Of a DNA stretch of 64,000 nt, positions 27,944 to 36,041 are shown piece by piece. Every line of letters begins with the position of its first letter. Positions within the stretch are counted from its first letter, which is position 1. The DNA lies in NCBI GenBank assembly GCA_965248055.1, contig CBDFIJ010000004.1, positions 512,001 to 576,000 on the forward strand, read 5' to 3'. The notes under the pieces are model-generated. The model searched no databases. It was not told the DNA's origin and saw only the letters and a program-made list of their open reading frames with translations. The translations under genes were made by a program, and so were the position numbers. Source of the stretch: Candidatus Multivoradales bacterium (GTDB lineage: Bacteria; Acidobacteriota; Thermoanaerobaculia; Multivoradales; JAHEKO01).

Positions 27944-27946
27944 TAA
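27162..27946 (+). CDS. IS5-family transposase with -1 frameshift at an A8 tract (27497-27504)
   Basis: OrfA GCKWRGLP..FGNW.TVY.R..RW and LDST; the -1 frame gives KNGPQAIGKSRGGWTTKIH, then DRAY and YKKRNEVERLFRRLKGFRRI. Confidence 0.9.
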
Positions 27947-28066
27947 CTCCATCAGAGCCAAATTGAACTGATCATTCCTAACGCTACCACCCCAGATCGG
28001 TATGATGCTGCTCCACGTCCAGCATCCACTCTATCCACAACTGATCCGCCCCTAAGAACCTCGGCC

Positions 28067-28768
28067 ATGTCGCAAACCCTTGACTCACGGCCGGCCTCTC
28101 CTGGCAACCCTCATTTTCGCGAACGGCCGACCGCGCGAATCGTGCCGGACGCCTGGATTCCGGCAATCGCGGCCGCACTACTGGCCACAGGAGCTGCCTG
28201 GATTGGATGGAGCTGGCTTGGCCTACTGATCGGCGGGTTGGCAGTCTTTTTCCTAGCCTTTTTTCGCAATCCGCAGCGAACCATTCCGGGCGACCCAAAA
28301 GACGTGATCGCCCCAGCCGATGGCCGCATCATCGAGGTCAGCGAGACGGTTGACGAAAACGGTACCCCGGGGCTGCGCATCGGTATCTTCCTTTCGGTCT
28401 TCAATGTCCACGTCAACCGCGTGCCCTTGAGCGGTCAGGTGGAATCGATCCAGAGAGCCGGTACTCGCAAACGTCCAGCGTTCGATCGTCGAGCGCTGAC
28501 CGACAATGTGCGCTGCGCGATGACTTTGACCACCGACACTGGAGTGCGCTTTCAGGTGGTGCAGATTACCGGACTGATCGCCCGGCGCATCGTCTGCCAT
28601 CCCCAGGTAGGAGAGTGGCTAGAGCGCGGCCAACGTTACGGCTTGATTCGCTTTGGCTCGCGAACCGACGTGGTGTTGCCGACTGAAGCCGAGCCGCTGG
28701 TCACCCCAGGACGACGGGTACGCGGTGGCAGCACAATTTTGGCGAAAATGCCTGCGCAAGATTCATGA
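28067..28768 (+). CDS. psd: Phosphatidylserine decarboxylase proenzyme
   Basis: FFRNP, APADG, IFLSVFNVHVNR, QITGLIARRI and RFGSRTD cleavage motif. Confidence 0.95.
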   Translation: MSQTLDSRPASPGNPHFRERPTARIVPDAWIPAIAAALLATGAAWIGWSWLGLLIGGLAVFFLAFFRNPQRTIPGDPKDVIAPADGRIIEVSETVDENGTPGLRIGIFLSVFNVHVNRVPLSGQVESIQRAGTRKRPAFDRRALTDNVRCAMTLTTDTGVRFQVVQITGLIARRIVCHPQVGEWLERGQRYGLIRFGSRTDVVLPTEAEPLVTPGRRVRGGSTILAKMPAQDS

Positions 28769-29592
28769 CTTTGATTTCGCACCGGACTGGTACTGAGGGC
28801 ACCAAGCGAGCTGGGTTCGACCCCGCAACGCCCAATGATCGATCCGAGCACCCACGACGCAACCCGGTAACCCTGATCCCTCACATACTGACCACCGCCA
28901 ATCTGGCGGCGGGATTCTTCGCCATCGTGCGTTCCGCCCAGGGCAACCTCGATCAGGCGGTGATCGCAATTTGGCTCGCCATGGCTTGTGACCTGCTGGA
29001 TGGCCGAGTGGCGCGGGCCCAGGGAGTCGCAACCCGCTTCGGAGCGGAGTACGACTCAGTCGCCGACACCGTGTCCTTCGGGGTTGCCCCAGCCCTGCTC
29101 ACCTTTCACTTCGGCAAGCTGAGCGATTTGGGCTGGAGCGGCTGGGTGGTCGCATTTGCCTACGTGGTCTGCGCCGGCCTGCGGCTGGCGCGATTCAACG
29201 TTTCCGCCGGTCGCTACAAGAATCGTTTCCAAGGACTCCCCAGTCCAGCCGCCGCAGGAATGGTTGCCACTACCGCCTGGTTCGCCGGCACACTCCAAGA
29301 GGCTGGGATCGAAACCAACGTACCCGCCTATGTCATCGGTATCGGCCTAGTCACCCTAGCCCTGCTGATGGTCAGCGGCATCCCCTATCGCACCGGAAAA
29401 GAGATCTCGCTCCAATCCAGCAATCGCTTCCTCACCTTCGCAGCAATCTGCTTCGTCGCCATTCTCGCCAAACCCTCCGTCACCCTGTTCGTGATTGGCT
29501 CGGCGTATGTCCTGCTGGGACCGATCGAACTCTGGTGGAGACCCAGATTCGGCAAGGCGCTGGAAGAAGCTGACGCTCCTCCGGTAGCCTAA
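28765..29592 (+). CDS. pssA: CDP-diacylglycerol--serine O-phosphatidyltransferase
   Basis: DLLDGRVAR....RFGAEYDSVADTVSFGVAP, LRLARFNV and FQGLPSP; coupled to psd. Confidence 0.95.
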   Translation: MTLISHRTGTEGTKRAGFDPATPNDRSEHPRRNPVTLIPHILTTANLAAGFFAIVRSAQGNLDQAVIAIWLAMACDLLDGRVARAQGVATRFGAEYDSVADTVSFGVAPALLTFHFGKLSDLGWSGWVVAFAYVVCAGLRLARFNVSAGRYKNRFQGLPSPAAAGMVATTAWFAGTLQEAGIETNVPAYVIGIGLVTLALLMVSGIPYRTGKEISLQSSNRFLTFAAICFVAILAKPSVTLFVIGSAYVLLGPIELWWRPRFGKALEEADAPPVA

Positions 29593-29662
29593 GCAGACGC
29601 ACCACTTCACATCTCAAACTGCCAAAGCGTAGATAATTGGCCAACTGAGCGCGAACAAAGAA

Positions 29663-31227
29663 ATGGGCAAGAGCAGCGACAAGGTCAAATCCCTCGAATC
29701 CTGGATCTGGGATGCCGCCTGCTCTATCCGCGGGGCTAAGGACGCGCCCAAGTACAAGGACTACATCCTGCCGCTTGTCTTCACCAAGCGCCTGTGCGAC
29801 GTTTTTGACGACGAGATAAACCGCATCGCCGCCGAGGTCGGTTCGCGCGACAAGGCCTTCCTACTCGCCAAAGCCGACCACAAGCTGGTCCGCTTTTATC
29901 TGCCACTGGTACCGAAGGACCCTGAGCAGCCCGTTTGGTCGGTCATCCGTAAGCTCTCAGACAAGATCGGCGAAGGCGTCACCAGCCACATGCGGGCGAT
30001 TGCCAAGCAAAACCCGCTGCTGCAGGGCATCATCGACCGCGTTGACTTCAACGCCACTACCCACGGCCAGCGTGATCTCGACGACGACCGCCTCTCCAAC
30101 CTCATCGAGGCCATCAGCACCAAGCGCCTGGGACTCGACGACGTGGAAGCCGACATCATCGGCAAGAGCTACGAATACTTGATCCGCAAATTTGCTGAAG
30201 GCAGCGGCAGGAGCGCCGGCGAGTTCTATACCCCACCCGAAGTCGGCGAGATCATGGCTAAGGTGCTGGCTCCCGAGCCCGGCATGGATATCTACGACCC
30301 ATGCTGCGGTTCCGGCGGTCTGCTTATCAAGTGCGAGATCGCCATGGAATCGAAGACCAAGGGCCAGAAGAAGCGTACTTTCGCCCCGCTCAAACTCTAC
30401 GGGCAAGAATACATCCCCGAAACCTGGGCCATGGCCAACATGAACATGATCATCCACGACATGGAGGGTCAGATCGAGATCGGCGACACCTTCAAGAATC
30501 CCAAGTTCCGCAGGCGCGGCAAACTGCGCACCTTCGACCGCGTAGTCGCCAACCCGATGTGGAACCAGAAGGAGTACTCTGAGAAAGACTACGACGCTGA
30601 CGAACTAGACCGCTTCCCCGCCGGGGCCGGCTTCCCTGGTAAATCCTCGGCCGACTGGGGATGGGTGCAACACATACACGCCAGCCTCAAGCCCGAGGGC
30701 CGCGCCGCCGTGGTGCTCGACACCGGCGCCGCCTCCCGCGGTTCGGGTAATGCGAATACCGACAAGGAAAAACCGTCCGCCAGTGGTTCGTCGACCACGA
30801 CCTCATCGAGAGCGTCCTCTACCTGCCCGAGAACCTGTTCTACAACACTCCCGCCCCGGGCATCGTCCTCTTTCTCAACCGGGACAAGCCCAAGACTCGG
30901 GCAGGTAAGGTCCTGCTCGTCAACGCCAGTCAGGTCTTCAAAAAGGGAGACCCCAAGAACTTCCTCCCGCCCGAGGGGATCGACCGCATCGCCGATGTCC
31001 TCGCCAACTGGAAGGAAGAAGAAAAACTCAGCCGCATCGTCGATCATGCAAAGCTGAAAAAAACCGACTACAACATATCCCCCAGCCGCTACATCCACAC
31101 AGCCGACGCCGAGACCTATCGGCCGATTGTGGAGATCGTCGCGGAACTGAATGCGATTGAGGGCGAGGCCCAGAAGACCGACAAGGACCTGCGGAAGATT
31201 CTGGAAAAGATCGGTATCACCGCATGA
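29663..31227 (+). pseudogene. hsdM: Type I R-M methyltransferase, frameshifted at an A5 tract (30768-30772)
   Basis: GEFYTP, DPCCGSGG and ANPMW motifs. Adding one A restores KTVRQWFVDHDLIESVLYLPENLFYNT...YNISPSRY...ILEKIGITA* ending at 31227. Confidence 0.9.
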
Positions 31228-32590
31228 AGATCTTCATCAGCAGTGTGCAGAAGGAGTTCGCCGAAGAGCGGAAAGCACTGGCAGAGTATCTCTCCAACGA
31301 TCCGTTGCTACGACGTTTCTTCGAGGCATTCTTGTTTGAGCGCGATGTTCCGGCTTCAGACCGTCAGCCAGACGAGGTCTACCTCGATCAAGTCGCAAAG
31401 TGCGATGTTTACCTCGGCCTGTTCGGCGATGAGTATGGATGGGAGAACCCGGACGGGCTCTCGCCTACCCACCGAGAGTTCAACCATGCCACCGACCTCG
31501 GCAAGACCCGACTGATCTTCGTCAAAGGCGCTAGTGACGAAAACAAGCACCCGGAAATGCAGACGCTGGTTCGTGAAGTTGGCAACCAACTCGTGCGCCG
31601 ACGCTTCCAGCAATCCACGGACCTGCTGCCCGACGTCTATGCCAGTCTCGTCGACTACCTTGAGGAAACCGGTAGTCTCAACCGTGCCCCTTGGGACGCC
31701 CGCGCGGCTCGCAAGGCCTCCCTCGACGACCTCGATCCAGAGCACATCGCCCGCTTCGTGCCCCGCGCCCGCAAGGCGCGCAACTTTCCCCTTCCGCCAA
31801 GCCCATTCCCTCCCACCAGGTCTACAAGGGCACTGCCTTCGAGCTGGTGGATCAGGCTATCGACTTCGTGATGTCCAAGATCAACCTCAGCGTCGGCACC
31901 CGGGTGCAAGGACCGCAGGCGCCCGTCGAATACGAAATTCCGCGTGATGTGGTCGCCGAAGCCATTGTCAACGCCGTCGCCCACCGCGACTACAACAGCA
32001 ATGGCAGCGTCCAGGTCATGCTCTTCACAGACCGGCTGGAGGTCTGGAATCCCGGCACTCTCCCCGCAGCGCTCACCCTAGACAAGCTGCGCCAGCCTCA
32101 CAGTTCCATTCCCGGTAACCCGCTGCTCGCCGAACCGCTCTACCTCACCAAATACATCGAGCGCATGGGCACCGGCACTCGCGACATGATCCGGAAATGC
32201 GTTGCCGCGGGCCTGCCCGAACCCGAGTTCACCCTCACCGATGGCTTCGTGACGACGATCCAAAGATCAGACGGGGCCAAGTCCGGACTAAGTCGGGCTC
32301 AGCCAGAGTCACAGCCAGAGTCACAGCCAGAGTCGCAGCCAGAGTCGATGGAAATCCGGATTCTCCGGCAACTCGCCAGCAACCCACTGGGGAAAGCCCA
32401 GCTTTCGGAGGCCATGGGACAAAAAGCCATCTCCGGCCAGTTGAACAAGGTCATCCGCGTGCTCGTGGCAGATCAAACCATCGAGCCAACCATCCCCGAC
32501 AAACCCACCAGCCGCCTCCAGAAGTACCGGCTCACCGAAAAAGGCCGCACCCGGTTGAAGCGGGTGGACGAGGAAAGGGGGCTGGAATGA
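31224..32590 (+). pseudogene. DUF4062 + HATPase_c_4 (RecG-C-like) + HTH protein with an out-of-frame junction
   Basis: KIFISSVQKEFAEER domain; near 31797 the frame jumps from ARNFPLP to AKPIPSHQVYKG; then EAIVNAVAHRDY, DRLEVWNPG, ERMGTG and SRLQKYRLT. Confidence 0.8.
32300..32347 (+). repeat. 12-bp tandem repeat x4 encoding QPES
   Basis: CAGCCAGAGTC(A/G) x4 in the linker before the HTH. Confidence 0.9.
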
Positions 32591-32706
32591 GCGCGAAACA
32601 GAACGCGGACATTCCTGTCCCCCACAAGGCGGATTGGAAAACTCGCCCCCCGGCACGAGAGACAGACAAGGCCTTGAGCGAGATTCTGGAGAAGATCGGA
32701 ATATGA
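32587..32706 (+). other. 39-aa mini-ORF ending in a second copy of the HsdM C-terminus
   Basis: TDKALSEILEKIGI versus HsdM TDKDLRKILEKIGI; ATGA overlaps at both ends. Confidence 0.6.
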
Positions 32707-33977
32707 GTGACGCGAATCTGTTGATCGAACCTCTCCCGGCTGCTTGGAAAAACTGCCAGTTCGCTGATGTGTGCGATCGCGTGAAGGACTCCTACAAGCC
32801 AGTCGAAGGCGGCGACACTCCCTACGTCGGCTTGGGACACTTGGCGCAAGGATTTCCAACTTTCGTCGGCTGGGGAACCGAAAGCGACATCAAGTCTTCG
32901 AAGACTGCATTCAAGATCGGAGACATTCTATTCGGCAAGCTACGGCCATATTTGAGAAAAGGAGCACAAGCCAGTTTCGATGGAATCTGTTCAACAGACA
33001 TCCTCGTCTTTCGCGCCGAAAACACGGGCGACTCGAGTTTCCTGAAGTACTTGGTCCACAGCGATGAATTCATCGACTACGCAAAATCGACAACTTCCGG
33101 CGTCCAACATCCGCGGACTTCTTGGCCATCACTAAAGGAGTTCCGTTTATCACTCCCCCCACTCCCCGAGCAGAAGAAGATCGCCCACATCCTTTCGACG
33201 GTGCAGCGGGCGATCGAAGCGCAGGAGCGGATCATTCAGACCACTACCGAGCTGAAAAAGGCCCTCATGCACAAGCTCTTCACCAAAGGCCTGCGCAACG
33301 AACCCCAAAAACAAACCGAAATCGGCCCGATTCCTGAAAGCTGGGAGGTGGTGGAGCTGGAGCAAGCGGGCGAGGTTGTCTACGGGATTCAGGCGGCAGT
33401 AGCCAACAATCTGGCTCCGATCGGAACTCGAATCCTAACCAACAAAAACCTGACGTTGGGAGGCGGATTTGAGCTGGAGAAAGTAAACTACTTCGAGCTC
33501 ACAACGAAGCGTCATCGCGCAACAATCCTTCGCAAAGGAGACCTTCTTTTTAATTGGAGAAGCGGAAGCAAATTTCACGTTGGCAAAACCTCCTTTTTCG
33601 ACCTCGACGGGGAATGGGTTCATTCTTCGTTTATTCTCCGGATCCGGCCGAATCCCGAGATTAACGGGCGCTACCTTTTCTATTACTTAAACCATCTCCG
33701 AGAAGCGGGACATTTCGTGAAGCTCCAAACCTACGCGATCAACGCGAAGTTCAACAAGAGCGCAGTCAACGCTTTGACTACCGTTGTTGCGAGCCGGGAC
33801 GAGCAAGACCAAATCGCGGACACGCTCGATGCGAGCCAGTTGAAAATCGATTCCGCCGAGAACAAACGTAAGGCGCTCCAAGACCTCTTCCGCACCCTCC
33901 TCCACCAACTGATGACCGCGAAGACGCGGGTGCACGACCTAGAACTTTCGGTGACTACCCACTTGGCGCCAGGCTGA
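32703..33977 (+). CDS. hsdS: Type I R-M specificity subunit
   Basis: Two TRDs (GDILFGKLRPYL; LRKGDLLF) separated by LPPLPEQKKIA..KKALMHKLFT..TEIGPIPESW. Confidence 0.93.
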   Translation: MSDANLLIEPLPAAWKNCQFADVCDRVKDSYKPVEGGDTPYVGLGHLAQGFPTFVGWGTESDIKSSKTAFKIGDILFGKLRPYLRKGAQASFDGICSTDILVFRAENTGDSSFLKYLVHSDEFIDYAKSTTSGVQHPRTSWPSLKEFRLSLPPLPEQKKIAHILSTVQRAIEAQERIIQTTTELKKALMHKLFTKGLRNEPQKQTEIGPIPESWEVVELEQAGEVVYGIQAAVANNLAPIGTRILTNKNLTLGGGFELEKVNYFELTTKRHRATILRKGDLLFNWRSGSKFHVGKTSFFDLDGEWVHSSFILRIRPNPEINGRYLFYYLNHLREAGHFVKLQTYAINAKFNKSAVNALTTVVASRDEQDQIADTLDASQLKIDSAENKRKALQDLFRTLLHQLMTAKTRVHDLELSVTTHLAPG

Positions 33978-34001
33978 GATCAAGAGAGTAGAATCCAGAG
34001 T

Positions 34002-34895
34002 ATGCCAAGTTCGGTCAAGGTTCTTTTTAGGATCGCGGGTTCACTCTTGATAGCTGCGGTGGTCTCCTATTCGCAGTTCGTCGATGGGCTTTATTGCGCC
34101 GCCAAGGTTTGTTTGGTGTTAGCCGTGGTTGTGGCGATTGCAGCCTGCTTACTTTGGTTGATTCCATTTTTTCGCGAGAGAACGGGGGGGGGAGTTGGAG
34201 AGGCGCCAATTCCACAAGAGGTCGCGGGTGGTTCGGACTATTCGCCTGCATTGGCTGTTACTGGCGGGCTTCGAGTCGCGGGAGATCTGAATCTCGGCTC
34301 ATCTGTGAACTCACAGCGGCAGACAATGGGTGAAGATGCCTCTGCCGTTCCGCGAGTCCAGCTTAACGGGGATCAAGCGTTTCACGTCGAGCGTGTCACT
34401 TTCGGCTTCCTAGCTGACGTGTTGTGCATGCGCCTAATCAACGCCCCCGAAAGCACTGCCGAAAGCGCGATTGCAAAGGGGGTCCGCGCTCATTTTCTGT
34501 GTAAAGGTCCCGGAGCCAGTGGCTTACCTTCTTTGGATGCTCGATGGTCTGATTCACCACAACCGCCAAGCATTCCGTTGGGGGAGACACCCGCTCTCGC
34601 TGTCAATCTGGGAATAAACGAAGGCAGGCAGATTAACCTCGTCGTGAAAGAACCGGAGGATGAGCACTGCTACCTGTTCAACAACGATAGCTATCAATAC
34701 CCTCGTCGCCAGAACCCTGCCTGGAGGATGGAACCGGGGGAGTATCGAGTGGTGGTCGATGTAAGTGGTGTAGAAGTGCGAGAGCGGTTCGAGTGTTCCT
34801 TTCTGAATCCGGGTCCGGGGCGTCCACTAATCGTGAAGTCGTTCAAGCCACCAACTCCCGATACTCCGTCCTCTCCGACTGAGGGAGCGCCTTGA
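34002..34895 (+). CDS. Hypothetical protein, two N-terminal TM helices plus a beta-rich C-terminal domain
   Basis: 297-aa ORF between hsdS and hsdR; TAGAAT 7 nt upstream of the ATG. Confidence 0.6.
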   Translation: MPSSVKVLFRIAGSLLIAAVVSYSQFVDGLYCAAKVCLVLAVVVAIAACLLWLIPFFRERTGGGVGEAPIPQEVAGGSDYSPALAVTGGLRVAGDLNLGSSVNSQRQTMGEDASAVPRVQLNGDQAFHVERVTFGFLADVLCMRLINAPESTAESAIAKGVRAHFLCKGPGASGLPSLDARWSDSPQPPSIPLGETPALAVNLGINEGRQINLVVKEPEDEHCYLFNNDSYQYPRRQNPAWRMEPGEYRVVVDVSGVEVRERFECSFLNPGPGRPLIVKSFKPPTPDTPSSPTEGAP

Positions 34896-34943
34896 TCGTG
34901 TCTCGAAACATGTACGGATTGGCCTAGTTGTTGAACCGGCGGC

Positions 34944-36020
34944 ATGGACGGAAAAGGAACACAACGGAGAGAAACAAAGAACATGGACAAGAAATATCTC
35001 ACACTGGTAAACGGAGCCAATGGTGCGACCGAAGATGACACCGAGCCTCTTTTCGATGGCAAAGAATTGGTACAGATGCTGGACCGAGAACTGAAGGATG
35101 ACAGCAGCTCCAACGCCGGCAGATCGCAGCAACTCTTCTACGACGCCATGGAGGCAGACTCGGAGGAGGATCAATTCGAGTTGATCGTGCAGTGCCTGGA
35201 GCTGGACCCCGGGAATGTGGACGCGATGCTGGTGTTGCTGGAGTACTTGCCGATCAGTGAGGCGGATGAAATTGAGGTGTTACGACGGGTGGTGGCGATC
35301 GGTCGAAAGCGCCTCGGCAGCAAGGCTTTCAAGGAGTTTGCCGGGGCGTTTTGGGGGGTCCACGAGACGCGTCCGTATATGCGGGCGCGGGAGCGGCTGG
35401 CTGAGTCCTTGAACCTTGCCGGCCACCTTGAGGAGGCCGCCTCCGAGTGGGAGGCGATACTGGAGTTGAATCCCAATGACAATCAAGGGGTTCGCTATTT
35501 GCTCCTTGCGGGTTACCTGGCCGGGGGCCAGCTGGATGACGCAGGTAGGTTGTTCGAGCGGTTCGATGAATGTGCCTGGAACACGGTGTTCGCCTGGGGG
35601 CGAGTGCTGGAGCGGTTTCTAGCGGAAGATGTAAAAGGCGTCGAATCCGCCTTGGTTATCGCACGCGAGCAAAACGAACATACCGAGGCCTACTTATAGG
35701 GTCACGGCCAACTGCCCGAGCTTCCGCCCAACCTTCATAGCCCCGGAAGCAAAGAGGAGGCGGAGTGTTTCGCGGAGCCGATCATGATGGCGTGGAACGC
35801 ACACCCAAAAGCAGTGCTCTGGCTCACCGAGCAAGCTATCGGGCCTCGCTCCATCGAGCAGGGACAACGATGCCGCGAATTGATTGTTGGGACCAACGGG
35901 AAACCAATGGAGAACGGACTTTCCAGTCTGCTTGCCTCGATCAAAGGACGCGGACAATCACCGTGCTTCGCTATCGAGTTTTTCCATTTCAAGATTGAAG
36001 ATTCTTTTTCTGGTTATTGA
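34944..36020 (+). pseudogene. TPR-like protein with an in-frame TAG at 35697-35699
   Basis: FWGVHETRPYMRAR and LELNPNDNQGVRYLL; the frame continues past TAG as GHGQLPELPPNLHSPGSKEEA..AW..HPKAVLWL. Confidence 0.7.
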
Positions 36021-36041
36021 TTCCTCGCACCGTTTATTGAC

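Noticed and set aside
35697-35699. Pyrrolysine or genome-wide TAG recoding
   Set aside because: Many normal genes here end in TAG and no pyl genes are visible; a nonsense mutation is simpler.
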